A stretch of DNA of 64,000 nucleotides from Eledone cirrhosa (taxonomy: Eukaryota): positions 322,524,001-322,588,000 of the forward strand of contig OZ024740.1 of assembly GCA_964016885.1 (NCBI GenBank), read 5' to 3'. The notes under the pieces were generated by a model. The model had not been told where the DNA came from. It worked only from the letters and a program-made list of their open reading frames with translations, and made no database searches. Numbering within the stretch: the first letter of the stretch is position 1; every line of letters starts with the position of its first letter. Positions 13,073 through 27,020 of this stretch are shown here, in pieces. The position numbers were made by a program, and so were the translations under genes.

Positions 13073-13541
13073 TGTGCCTATAGTAGAAATCATTATTATT
13101 ACTATTATTAAAACTAGAAATTATTACTTTTTCAACATGTGTTATTGTTTCCACTCCTTGCATTCTAGATGCTATGTTGGGGATAATAATCAACCTTTTT
13201 GTAATTTACTTACCCCAAACAAAGAAATAAAGCCTCCAAAATGCAAGGGGTTACTGGGAAGGGAAAATGACAAAACGGAGAGCATAATTCAAGGCGAAAG
13301 AAGATGAATGTTGCTTTTGAATTATAGTGGTCAGGAAACAAGAATTGATTAGTAAATCTCTCTCTTTCTCCTTCCTTTTCTTGAAAGGATTTGAAACTTT
13401 CATGTGTTTGAACTGTTCTCTTTAACTTATATTTACAGTTTTATGTTTCAATTTTTTTTCTTACTTTGAGAGATGTTTTTTTAATGTCTCATACTTTGGT
13501 AAAAATGAGGCCTATATTCTAAAATTTAAACACTTATAAAT

Positions 13542-13720
13542 GTTTCTACTTTTGGCACAAGGCCAGCAATTATCCCAGTGCATTACTGGTGCTTTATTTT
13601 ATTGATCCTGTAAGGATGAAAGGCAAAGTTAACCTCGGCGGGATTTCAACTCAGAACGCAAAGGGCCATAACTCTATGTTGCACAGAATGGCATCCAACC
13701 CTCTACCGATACTGCCAAGT
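13542..13720 (-). mobile_element. tRNA-derived SINE family B copy
   Basis: Near-identical to 17296-17478. Confidence 0.7.
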
Positions 13721-14104
13721 CTTTGATTAAGGGCAACAAATTTTATGTACAATATTTTTTCTTTCTATTCTTTTGTCTTCCTTATACACATTTGTAGTAC
13801 TACGACTCGCCTATCTATGGGATAAATGTATCAATATCTTATAATTAAAATATATACTTCCAAGCATGCTGAAAATTTATGAACAAAGATAGGGCCGATT
13901 TCAATCTTCTATGTAGGAAATCTTCCCATGTTGACAGGGAGTTAGAAAATCTTCCCATGTTGACAGGCAGTTAGAAAAACAATTAATACTCGACTTAAGT
14001 ATTGTGCCATATTGTGAATTTGACAATATTTCACAATGAGAGCGGCTTGGTAATTACAGGTAATCTCAACACTCTGGAAATTCTTTTAGGAATTATGGAA
14101 TGGG

Positions 14105-14903
14105 AGTAAAAACCCAGCGTCCACATACTCCCTCCACAACATTAATATCAAGAAGTCTTCTTGTGAACGTGACCTGGGCATTACTGTCAGCAGCGATTTG
14201 CGTTGGACGAAGCACATCTCTAAAATTGTCAAGAAGACCGAGAGTGTCTTAGCATCACTCAGCAAGACCTTTGTCAGCCACTCTCCAGCTATCTATTTAA
14301 AGCTGTATATAGCTATGGTGCAGCCACACTTAGAATTTACATCACCAGTTTGGAACCCCTATCTTGCTCAGAACATTGACCGCCTGGAAACTGTTCAGAG
14401 ACGTGCAACCAAGCGAATACCCTCCATCAGGCATCTACCATACTCTGAACGCCTTGCTTCCCTGGGCATGGATACATTGAAGCTCCGACGTCTGGCAACT
14501 GACTTGGTAAACATCCACAAAATTACTAACCATCTTGCCAACAACCCTGAGTACCTTTTTGATTTCCATGTGTCTAACACACGTGGGCATGCCCACAAGG
14601 TCAGAAAACAGCACAGCTCCCAAGACTTTCTGAAACATTTTTTCACGCTCAGAGTTGCTGAAGCATGGAACAAACTACCTGCTGTCGAGACACTGCATCC
14701 TTTAAAACCTCCATGCTTCCCGAGATTCGCCAACACTACACCTAATACCCCCCCCCCCCCCATACACATGCACACATGTATATCATGACTCATACACTAT
14801 TCACTTCCCTGACATTTGTATGTTATTCTATGTACTATACATGCACCTTTGATGAGTTGTAGTGCACCTGAGCACTGTACACAATAATTTCATTATTATT
14901 ATT
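14105..14903 (+). mobile_element. CR1-clade LINE 3' fragment
   Basis: ERDLGI, LYIAMVQPHLEF..VWNPY, LETVQRRATK, TRGH, FFTLRVAEAWNKLP; (ATT)n tail. Confidence 0.9.
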
Positions 14904-15049
14904 GCACAATTTGATACATTTCTGATGGGTCACTAAAAAGAATTTTGCAATCTTGGAAATGGTAAACAGTCATACTTATCACCAACAATCTATGAAGAAA
15001 CCATTCTGTTGATGGAAAAATGTTTTAAGAATTATATTGTGGCAGAACT

Positions 15050-16520
15050 TAAAATAACCAAGTACCATATTTGATGGTATATATGATCCCTTGTTTCTCT
15101 CAAAATGGCTAACAAATATCACGTGTCGTATGTGCAATGTTTGCCTATCTGGTAGATTAATGATTTTTTTAAAATATTCCCTGCTGGAATGAGGAAGTGG
15201 TCTTATATTTCTGAGAGTACTATACCATGTGAAATATTATACTCATCCGTTTCCATAGATTCGACAGCAGACCTGGCTCATACCGACCAGTTAACAGTTA
15301 TTATGGGATATTTTGTTTCTGGGAAGCTGGTAGAAAGGATTTATTTTTACTTTCCTGCAGGCTGGCTGTCACAAGACTGAGATACTAGCTATATCTCTGC
15401 TAGAATTGTTTTAAATGATGATATTGATTTCAAAGACAACAGAGAGAAGTCTTATGATAATGCCAGTAATATGTCTGATCACTACTCAGAAATGAAAGCC
15501 AGATGTAAGGATAAGAACCCAGTAACTGTTTTCATCCCCTGTGCTGCACATTCATTAAATCTTGTTGGATAGACTGCAGCCTCTTTTTGTACTGAAGCTG
15601 TCAATTATTGTGGTTCCACATAAAAGTACTACACCTTTTTTCTGTATTAACACACAGATGGGTACATGTAATAGAGTCTTTGGAAAGAAGGTAAGAGCAC
15701 AAATTGTGAAGTCTCTGTCAGCAAGAGCTGATACCACTAACACACTCATAGATGGGTATAACAGCATTAAAAATATACCCCGAGATATTGAAGGTGACTT
15801 GAAACAAACACCTGATGCAAGATATGAAATACAGTCATTGGAAAACAAAATAGACCGATGGCCAAGACCTGGAACTTAATTTTTGTACAATTCAAAAGCA
15901 CAAATAAAAATTTTCATAGGGTTGAAATTTACCTGAATAGAGTGGTGGATCCACTGATTCTCTGGAAAAGATTCTGAAATCCTTTCGAGATAGGGATCAA
16001 GATGTGGAACTGAGTATCAAGAACTTGAGAGGTATCACCAACTACGAAGTAACAATAGAGAGGCCAAGAAAGAGAAATAAACATTATGATGCAAATCCAA
16101 TATCACTCTCAAAGGAAATTGTCATTTCCCCAGAAGAAATACTCAGATGTAGGACTTTTAATGCCATAACAACATTTTGGATCAGATGCCTGTTGTCTTA
16201 AAACAATGTAGGCTAGCTTATAAATTAGTGCATAGGTTCAAATTCAAAGTATGCTTATGTAGTTTACCTGATGCAGAGATAAGAACTGAAGCTGTGAGTT
16301 TAGGTATGTGGTGATAGAAGAAATTGTCCATATTGCAACCTTTTCCAAGCTCAAGCTATGCCTCATGCTATCTCAATAGGCAGTTTTACTCCATGATGAA
16401 TGGTTTGCTAATACTTCCCCAATTGTTGATGTAGTTTTTATAATATATTGGAGCTTGACAGTTAGTTGGTGTTCAGGAGAGATATCATTCAGCAAATTAG
16501 TACTCATAAAGATTCGAATA
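15050..16520 (+). mobile_element. decayed hAT transposase (ZMYM1-like)
   Basis: Fragments DSTADLAHTDQL (15258), SYDNASNMS (~15450), IPCAAHSLNL (~15534) and SFSKLVLIK (~16485, hAT dimerisation motif); many stops and frameshifts. Confidence 0.75.
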
Positions 16521-16522
16521 GG

Positions 16523-17193
16523 CATTCATCATCATCATCATCATCATCATCAGGTTTAGCATCCGTGTTCCACGCTTGCATGGGTTTGGACGGGGGTTTT
16601 CCCACTTGAGGCAAGAGTGGTTGTCTTGCTCGCATAGGACTGTCTGGCGGGTTTTCTACAGTTGGATGCCCTTCCTAACACCAACCACATTTACAGTGTG
16701 GGGCTGGGAGGTTTTTACCGTGTTGCCTACACGGCCACATTACAGCGTGGACTGTCTGGCGGGTTTTCTACAGCTGGATGCCCTTCCTAACACCAACCAC
16801 ATTTACAGTGTGGGGCTGGGAGGTTTTTACCGTGTTGCCTACACGGCCACATTTACAGCGTGGACTGTGTGTTTTTTGTCGTGACACCTACACGATCTCA
16901 TTTGTTTCGGCCTGGATGTTGTGGGACCAACATAACTTTACATTGAAAGGGGCGGTGTGGGTGGGGTGGCGGTGGTGGGACGGGGGTGTGTTTTGATAGA
17001 GATGCCTACTGACTGTAGTAGGTTTTTACTTTGTATTTAGGTAAGCCGGGTCTTCTCTATTACTGAGTACCGCCAAAGGTCTCGGTCCAGTGACATTGTC
17101 TTGGAGAGGTGTAAGCGTGTGAGGTCGGAATTTATCAGCTCGTCCCATGTTTTTCTGGGTCTGCCTACTCCGTGGCTACCGTCTATCTTTATT
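16523..17193 (-). mobile_element. RTE LINE 3' end
   Basis: Reverse complement of the 5275-5937 segment, including the duplicated 3' UTR module. Confidence 0.92.
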
Positions 17194-17295
17194 GTAGCCG
17201 GTAAACCTTAAAGGGATGCAACACACATATTGCTATAGTGTTTCACTAACCTCTTCCTTCCTCAATCATCCATAGATGTGTGTGCATGTAATAAT

Positions 17296-17478
17296 TGTTT
17301 CTACTTTTGGCACAAGGCCAGCAATTATCCAGTGCATTACTGGTACTTTATTTTATCGACCCCGGAAGAATGAAAGGCAAAGTTAACCTCGGTGGGATTT
17401 GAACTCAGAATGGCAAGGACTGTAACTCTATGCGTCAAAGCATGGCGTCCGACCCTCTACCGATACTGCCAATCCACG
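17296..17478 (-). mobile_element. tRNA-derived SINE family B copy
   Basis: A-box-like and B-box (GAGTTCAAATCC) on the minus strand, with the shared body. Confidence 0.7.
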
Positions 17479-17626
17479 TGTCTATTTATGAATATGTATG
17501 AGTAGATGAGTGTGTGTGTATGAGTTAGCACTTCTGTTGTCTATTTGTTTATGTATTTTTGTATATATGTGTGTGTGTATGTAACTAAAGTGTAATGTAT
17601 GTTACGAATGGATGACTAAATGATTT

Positions 17627-18717
17627 GGCATTACAACGCTATTAGCTGTCAGTCGAAGCAGCCGATGAAAGCAGGCGAAGGTGACGTCATTCGTCAAACA
17701 TCGTTTATTTCCGTATTACTACCACGCGTAAGTGGAGTTACTTAAATGAAAATATAAGTGGCCCTTAAAAGGGCCAAATTAGAAAACAAATTTAAGTTAA
17801 TTAGAAAACAAGTCATGGTTATCAAATAAATTGGATTTAATCATTTATATTTTGATAGTCATGGTTATCAATGTAGAAAACAAGTCATTTTCACCAACAG
17901 TGGAATTACTTCTGACACCTAATACCATGAACTTAAATGAATTTTCACCAACAGTGGAGTTACTTCTGACAGCTAATACCATGAACTATATTTTCATAGT
18001 CATGGTTATCAATGTAGAAAACAAGTCATTTTCACCAACAGTGGAGTTAACTTAAATGAAAATATAGGTGGCCCTTAAAAGGGCCAAATTGTTAATGGAA
18101 TTAACCATTGCGATCTTTCCATCGCTACCGCTACTACAGCAGATACCATCAATCTCCATGGGGACTGTCTCTTGTCTCCATGCTTTTGAATAAGGTTGGT
18201 GAAAAAAATTTGTTTTCTAAACATTTCTTCATAAAGGGTTGGTGAAAAAAATTTGATAACCATAAATTTGTTTTCTAATTTGGACCTTTTAAGGGCCACC
18301 TATATTTTCATTTAAGTTAACTCCACTGTTGGTGAAAATGACTTGTTTTCTACATTAATAACCATGACTATGAAAATATAGTTCATGGTATTAGCTGTCA
18401 GAAGTAACTCCACTGTTGGTGAAAATGACTTGTTTTCTACATTGATAACCATGACTAAATCCAATTTATTTGATAACCATGACTTGTTTTCTAATTAACT
18501 TAAATGTTTTTTAATTTGGCCCTTTTAAGGGCCACCTATATTTTCATTTAAGTAACTCCACTTACATCTATATGCTTTAATAAAAAAAAAAAAAACGCGT
18601 GAAAAAAAAAAAGATTAAATTTAAGTAACTCCACTTACGCGTGGTAGTAATACGGAAATAAACGATGTTTTGCTTTCATCAGCTGCTTCGACTGACAGCT
18701 AATAGCGTTGAAGTGCC
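17627..18717. mobile_element. foldback/MITE-like palindromic DNA element
   Basis: GGCATTACAACGCTATTAGCTGTCAGTCGAAGCAGC ... GCTGCTTCGACTGACAGCTAATAGCGTTGAAGTGCC termini; long modular inverted arms. A related partial copy lies at 61202-61487. Confidence 0.8.
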
Positions 18718-18805
18718 ATTTTCCCGATTTTAGAATTATTCCAGTTTATCATTTTTCCGAACTTACAATGAAAAAATACGTATATACGTATATTTAGAGG
18801 TAATA

Positions 18806-18963
18806 TCACGTGAACACAATCACGTGACAAATCACATTATTCTTTCAAAAGGAAAGGTTTGGCGCCATTTTTCTCCAGGCAATTGTCAACAAACGCAGGC
18901 GAAACTTATATCCACATTACTGATGACAAATTGTAAAAGCAAAAAATAAGAAAAATGGTAAGT
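18806..18963 (+). promoter_or_regulatory. promoter-like motif cluster (2x TCACGTGA E-box, YY1-like GGCGCCATTTT, ATG|GTAAGT)
   Basis: Motifs at 18806-18813, 18820-18828, 18861-18871 and 18955-18963; function inferred. Confidence 0.35.
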
Positions 18964-19070
18964 AATATCAAATAATTATTAAAAACGTTCAGTCTGACGG
19001 ATGAGTTATTACACGAATAATTAAGTTTCATACATACATATATATATGTGTGTATGTATGTATATATATG

Positions 19071-19127
19071 TATTTTATCTGATGAAAGCGCTTATCTGAT
19101 GGTGGCCCTTGAAATATGTATAAAATA
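19071..19127 (+). ncRNA. degenerate minimal type I hammerhead ribozyme motif
   Basis: TATTTTAT-CTGATGA-AAGCGC...GCCCTT-GAAA-TATGTA-TAAAATA: core boxes in the right order, with imperfect stems I and II. Confidence 0.45.
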
Positions 19128-20190
19128 AATATAGTTTCCATTTATTAATATATTGTATATAAGTATGTACACGTACATACATATATGTATACAGACGTAC
19201 AGTAGTATGTATATATATATACATACATGCACACATATATATATATGTACGTATGGATTCACCGAACATTTATTATAATGCTTGGTGTGTTTGTAAACAA
19301 ACATCCCGTATTAAGCCGTAGTGTCCAGCAACTATATTGTATATATATAAATGTATGTATGTATATATAACTATTTTTACGAAGAGATTATTTTGGCGAG
19401 AAGTTGGGTTTTGGATGATATTTGGTTAAATTTACTTAGGAAATCAGATTATATCTCTTTTATTTATATTTATTTCTCTATCAGTTTTAAATTAAGACTT
19501 TTCTTGGTTTTCCTTGGCAGTGTCATATGTATTTCTGTGTATCTTAGTCGCCAAACGATCTTTTTATATGATATATAATAATATATGAAAATTTGATTTG
19601 CTTTGCAAAGCTAGCACAACACAAGTTAAATATAAAATAAGTAAATAAATCCATCTCGAGAGGTTATTTCCTCAATTTATTCAACTATTTTATAGCTAAC
19701 GTGTTCAATACTTGCTAGTAGGATAAACAGATGTTAAATGGTGATGTTCACGTGTGTTGTGCTGGCTTTGCAAAGCAAAACATTTCATATTTACCTTACG
19801 TTTTCATAGGCAATTCAATTGTATATTAATGTTTATTTTAGTACAATATTTTATGCATAATCAGTTTAAATTTCATTACAATATTAATAGCATTAGTTGT
19901 AATATTAAAGGTATACCCTTAGACAAGATATTTTACTCTTTGCCTAGGTGAAATTCAGTGGGTGTTGTAAGATAGGGCATATACTTACACCACTTGCTTT
20001 AATAATTCAGGCAGACATGAACATTTGAAATATCATTCCACTAGTGTAGTAAGTCAATGAAAAATTTAAAGATTTCATTTATATTTTGTTTTACTTCAAT
20101 TTATCAATTTGAGCTATATACACACATATATACGTATATGTGTATATATATATATATATGTGTGTGTATGGTTGTGTGTGTGTATGTATA

Positions 20191-21737
20191 AAGTGGTGGA
20201 AATAAGTATAAGACACCCCATTAAATTGTTAATAATTTTCTTATTACGGCACAAATTCCTTTGAAAATTTGTGTGTGGAACATAGATCCTATGGGAATCG
20301 GTATACATATTCGATTTTATAAAAACTTTCCACGAAAAAAAATTCTCAACAAACTACGTTTTAGAAGGTGGAAATAAGTATGACAGTTTTGAAAATATGT
20401 ATTTAGCAACAAAATGGTACAAATTTTAGTATTTACATTTATTCACTTTCAATTGCAATACTTCAACACACCTGTTTTGCATCGAACCAATAAGATTTCT
20501 AAGAGTTTCGTTATGAATTCCATTCCAATACTGTTCAAATTGATGTCCATTGTTGTACACCCTTCTTGCCAAAATTCCCCACAAATTTTCTATTGGGTTT
20601 AAGTCTGGAGACTTAGCAGGCCAGTCCAAAATTTCGATGTTTTTTTTGTTTTAAACCAGTCTTTCGTGAGCTTAGAGGTGTGTATGGCTGCGTTGTCATG
20701 TTGAAAATGGCATTATTGTTGTCTGGATGATTCATAAATGGGACAAGCCTTTCTTCCAACACATTTATGTACCGAGCAGAGTTTTGTTTCCCTTCCATCA
20801 CTCCTAAATCAGCCTTTCCAGACGCAGAAAAAGCTCCCCAAATCATAAGAGATCCTCCTCCAAATGGTCTTTTTGAAAACAGCTGCGCCTCCTTTCTTAA
20901 ATCATGCCAATAACGCTGGGAACCGTCGGGCCCATCCAAATTAAACTTTTTCTCATCAGAAAACACCACGGTTTCCCATTTATCCTTTGCCCATGTTACT
21001 TTCTTCTTTACCCAATCTACACGCTTCTTCTTGTGTTCAGCAGTTAAAGCAGGAGCCATTTTTCCTCTTTCGATATATGAAATTTGGCGAATCATGGAGA
21101 ATTTGACGAACTCTTCTTGGAGACAAGGGCAAATTCTGAGATTGTTGCAGGTCTCTTGAGCTTGACTGTCCCTTAGAAGCTTCTCGAAAAAGTCGACATC
21201 TGGCTGCATCTGTAATTTTAGGTGGACGGCCTGGTCGTTTTTTGGTGCCATATGATTCAGTGTCCTTTAGATAATTTCTCACAACTTTTCGGGACCTCGA
21301 CAGTTCTCTTGCAATGAAACTAATAGATTTTCCTTCCAAGTTATAGGCAGAAATTTACCCTTTTTCATTTTCATTAAGGTGAGAGTTCCTCGGCATTTGC
21401 AGTGACTTTATGCAATGTTTAATTAGGCATCACGTGGCTTGTAATCATGATACATGATAAGAGTTGTTTACAATCTGCGCATGCACTTATTCTTTCTTTG
21501 GCACTCAGAAGTAATCCGGAAATACGAATTTTCTAAACTGTCTTATACTTATTTCCACCCTTGAAAACGTAGTTTTGTTAAGAACTTTTTTTTTGTGGAA
21601 AGTTTTTATAAAATCGAATATGTATACCGATTCCCATAGGATCTATGTTCCACATACAAATTTTCAAAGGAATTTGTGCAGTAATAAGAAAATTATTAAC
21701 AATTTAATGGGGTGTCTTATACTTATTCCCACCACTT
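20191..21737 (-). mobile_element. Tc1/Tc3-like DNA transposon, full length, with inactivated transposase
   Basis: ~200-bp TIRs (20191-20390 / 21535-21737) flanked by TA. Transposase from ATG 21396: MPRNSHLNENEKG*, VVFSDEKKFNLDGPDG, GGGSLMIWGAF, WPAKSPDLNPIENLW; premature stop and frameshifts. Confidence 0.95.
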
Positions 21738-22115
21738 TATATATATAATGTGTGTGTGTGTGTGTGTGTATTAGTTGAGCACTCTACAACATATATGATT
21801 GGCACTTTCCAGCCCGATTAGTTGAGCACTCTACAGTTCCGACAGAATTACTTCATATATATATATATATATGGTATGTATGTGTAGTAAAAACATATAT
21901 CAGTGAGATTATTTGTATATTATATATAAACATATAGTATATGGATATATATATGCTTTTTTGAATCACAGTGTGTTATTGCTACTACTAATTATACACA
22001 CACACACACACACACATATATATGATCAACTTAACCAATACATTTACAATTACAAAATAATAAAAAAGAAAAAGGCTTGTAAATGTATTAAGTTTAATCA
22101 TGCATAAATTATGTA

Positions 22116-22234
22116 TCATCATCATCATCATCATCATCAACGTTTAACGTCCGTGTTCCACGCTTGCATGGGTTTGGACGGGGGTAGTCCCACTTGAGGC
22201 AAGAGTGATTGTCTTGCTCGCATAGGACTGTCTG
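22116..22234 (-). mobile_element. short RTE 3' tail fragment
   Basis: (CAT)n plus a segment matching the RTE terminal ~100 bp. Confidence 0.85.
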
Positions 22235-23289
22235 TATGTATAGATTTTAATAATGTATACACCTGAATTTAAAAGGTATTTTTTACCTTTTTAACATTGC
22301 ATCTTGATTTATATATCATTCATAAGAAACTGAATTAATATGTAATTTTTTTTTGTTTTAAATTATACTTCTGGAAGGTTGATAACTTAGTCTTTACAAG
22401 AGGAATGATTGAATAATGTGGTTCCATAGAATTATGTTTACCAAACGTTTTTTTTTTTATGAATGTTTCATTATGAGCAAAGTATATTATTCTGCTGGAA
22501 AAAATTATAAAAGAACTTGTTCTAGTCAGAGTTTACATGATGTGATTAATGGTGATCAACAGTGAAATCACAGGATAAAATTTAATAGGAAAAGTACAAT
22601 TTAAATGGTGTTCATTGGATACAGAGGAAGTAACTTTAACCCCTTTTAATACCAATCTGCCAAAACCATCCATTTTAAAGGATTCCTAGATAAATTAAAA
22701 TCTAATATAATTTTATATTAGAACCATGTGTTAAAGTTACTATTTTAGTAAATCAAAATTCTTAATTGAAATTTGGTCATGCGAGTTAAACTTTCTGTGT
22801 ATATATATATATATTTTTTTCTAAGTAAGAATAGCCAAAGATTAATTTTTCTTTGAGGAAATTTTTTTGAAACATCTTTTCCTTACTCTGAGAATATGGC
22901 TAGTGAAATGAAAAAAAAATCCAATAAGATTACATTTTGACTTTCCAATGAAGACATTTAGTTGTCGTCCTTTTTTTTTTCTTTCTACAAATCTGTCATT
23001 TCACTTAGAAATCTATGAATACCTTATATGAAGCTTTCCTATGTTGTGATAAAAGCTAGGTTTAAAATGCTTCACATCAATTGTACATACATTATACTTC
23101 AAATACAAAGTTTTAATTTTGGAAATGTGTCCTCCCTCCTACACTTCATCTTCAACATTCAGTCATTATGGTTAATAAATTGAAACAAACACGTTCCTTC
23201 TAGTAGTTCCTTCCTCTTCATTTGACATTATTATTATTATTATAATCAGGCAAACAATCTGTCAGACTCGGGGAATATATATGTATTAA

Positions 23290-23846
23290 ATAACAAAGTG
23301 CAGGGCAATAAAGATAGACGGTAGCCACGGAATAGGCAGACCCAGAAAAACCTGGGACGAGCTGATAAATTCCGACCTCACACACTTACACCTCACCAAG
23401 ACAATGTCACTGGACCGAGACCTTTGGCGGTACTCAGTAATAGAGAAGACCCGCCTTACCTAAATACAAAGTAAAACCTACTACAGCCAGTAGGCATCTC
23501 TAACAAAATACACCCCGTCCCACCACCCCGACCCCATCCACACCGCCCCTTTCAATGTAAAGTTATGTTGGTGCCACAACATCCAGGCCGAAACAAATGA
23601 GATCGTGTAGGGGTCACGACAAAAAAACACACAGTCCACGCTGTAATGTGGCCGTGTAGGCAACACGGTAAAAACCTCCCGGACCCACACTGTAAATGTG
23701 GTTGGTGTTAGGAAGGGCATCCAACTGTAGAAAACCTGCCAGACAGTCCTATGCGAGCAAGACAATCACTCTTGCCTCAAGTGGGAATACCCCCATCCAA
23801 ACCCATGCAAGCGTGGAACACGGACGTTAAATGTTGATGATGATGA
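23290..23846 (+). mobile_element. RTE LINE 3' end
   Basis: Matches 5258-5937 with a single 3' UTR module. Confidence 0.92.
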
Positions 23847-23934
23847 TATATATATAATGTATATATATATATATATAAATATATAATGTATATATATATA
23901 ATGTGTATATATATAATGTATATATATATATAAA

Positions 23935-25233
23935 AGAATAAGCCACTATACTTAGCCTTTGTTGACCTAGAGAAGGCCTTTGATAGGGTACCCCGATCTG
24001 TCATCAGGTGGTCCCTAAGGAAGCTAGGTGTTGAGGAATGGCTTGTGAGGACAGTGCAAACTTTGTACAGAGGTACTCTCAGTAAAGTCAGGGTAGGAAT
24101 GGAGTTTAGTGAGGAATTCCAGATACAAGTAGGAGTACATCAGGGTTCGGTCCTTAGCCCGCTCTTGTTCATTATAGTCCTCCAAGCCATAACAGAGGAG
24201 TTTAAGACTGGCTGTCCATGGGAACTTCTCTATGCTGACGATCTGGTTCTTATAGCAGAATCAATAGAGGAGCTAGAGAATAAATTCTGGCTATGGAAAC
24301 AGCAGTTGGAAGCAAGAGGACTGAGAGTGAATCTAGCTAAGACAAAAGTGTTGATGAGTAGAAAAGAGGACAAAACCCTGATTCCGTCAGGGAAATGGCC
24401 ATGTTCGATATGCAGAAAAGGAACTGGCATAAATTCTATAAAATGCACACAATGCAGATCCTGGGTACACAAGAGATGTAGTGGGATAGCAGGCAAACTA
24501 ACAGGTAGAGAGAAATATGTATGCAGTAGATGTACAGGGAAATTAGACAGTAGAAGTCGCATTGAAAGACACATTTTTCAAATGCAGGAGGGCGCTATAG
24601 AAGTGGTGGATAGCTACCGGTACCTAGGAGATCAGATTAGCATGGGAGGAGGGTGTTCCGAGGCCATAGTATCTAGAATAAGGACGGGTTGGAAGAAGTT
24701 TAGGGAGCTGCTTCCTCTGTTGACGAAGAAGGGTTTCTACCAGCGTACGAAAGGCCGATGATATGATGCCTGTGTGAGGAGCGCAATGCTGCATGGTAGT
24801 GAGACATGGGCAGCAACTGCAGAGGATATGCGACGGCTGGAGAAATGAGGCAAGCATGCTCCGTTGGATGTGCAGTGTAAATGTGCGTGAACGACCCAGC
24901 ATAAATGTGTTGAGAGAGAAACTGTGTCTGAGAGGGATAGAATGTAGTGTACGGGAGAGGAGACTGAGGTGGTATGGACATATGATGCGCATGGAGGATG
25001 ACCGATGGGTGAAGAAGTGCCAGGAAATGCCAGTTGTAGGAAGACGTGGTAGAGGTAGACCACGAAAAACATGGGCGGAGGTCGTGAGAGCAGATCTCAG
25101 ATCATTGAAGCTCACGGTGGAGATGACGAGGGACCGTGACGAGTGGAGAGATGCTGTGCTGAATAAGACCCGTCCCACCTTTGCAAGCAGGGAAAAGCGG
25201 ACATAAAATGATAATGATGATGATGATGATAAT
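23935..25233 (+). mobile_element. RTE LINE, second subfamily, 5'-truncated RT
   Basis: FVDLEKAFDRVP, GVHQGSVLSP, YADD, C4HC3 finger, RLRWYGH, GRPRKTW; very short 3' UTR and (GAT)n. Confidence 0.93.
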
Positions 25234-25427
25234 GTATGTATATATATATATATATAATATATATATATTATATAATATATATATATATATAAATATTATA
25301 TATATATATTATATATATATATATATATAATATATATATATATATTATATATATATATATATATTATATATATATATAATATATATATATATAATATATA
25401 TATATATAATATATATATATATAATAT

Positions 25428-25510
<83 letters not shown>

Positions 25511-25518
25511 TATATAAT

Positions 25519-25588
<70 letters not shown>

Positions 25589-25609
25589 TATATAATATAT
25601 ATATATAAT

Positions 25610-25675
<66 letters not shown>

Positions 25676-25691
25676 TATATATATAATATAT

Positions 25692-25738
<47 letters not shown>

Positions 25739-25968
25739 TATATATATAATATATATATATATATAATATAATATATATATATAATATATATATATATATA
25801 ATATATATATATATATAATATATATATATATATAATATATATATATATATAATATATATATATATATAATATATATATATATATAATATATATATATATA
25901 TAATATATATATATATATAATATATATATATATATAATATATATATATATATAATATATATATATAAT

Positions 25969-26000
<32 letters not shown>

Positions 26001-27020
26001 ATATATATATATAATATATATATATATAATATATATATATATAATATATATATATAATATATATATATATAATATATATATATATAATATATATATATAT
26101 AATATATATATATATAATATATATATATATAATATATATATATATAATATATATATATAATATATATATTATATATATATATAATATATATATATATAAT
26201 ATATATATATAATATATATATATAATATATATATATATATAATATATATATATAATATATATATATATAATATATATATATAATATATATATATATAATA
26301 TATATATATAATATATATATATAATAATATATATATATAATATATATATATAATATATATATATATAATATATATATATAATATATATATATATAATATA
26401 TATATATAATATATATATATAATATATATATATAATATATATATATAATATATATATATATAATATATATATATATAATATATATATATAATATATATAT
26501 ATATAATATATATATATATAATATATATATATAATATATATATATATAATATATATATATAATATATATATATATAATATATATATATATAATATATATA
26601 TATATATATAATATATATATATATATAATATATATATATATAATATATATATATATAATATATATATATATAATATATATATATATAATATATATATATA
26701 TATAATATATATATATATAATATATATTATTATATATAATATATTATATATATTATATATATAATATATTATATATAATATATATATAATATATTATATA
26801 TATATTATATATAATATATTATATATAATATATAATATAATATATTATATATAATATATTATATATATATATTATATATAATATATTATATATATATATA
26901 TATATAATATATAATATATATATAATATATTATATATAATATATATATATAATATATTATATATATATTATATATATATATATATATAATATATAATATA
27001 TTATATATAATATATATATA
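25234..27020. repeat. long imperfect (TA)n microsatellite
   Basis: ~1.8 kb of TA with periodic extra A; ends at the assembly gap. Confidence 0.97.

Noticed and set aside
18665-18690. CTGATGA on the minus strand of the foldback arm
   Set aside because: No stem II followed by GAAA and UH; the other arm has CCGATGA.
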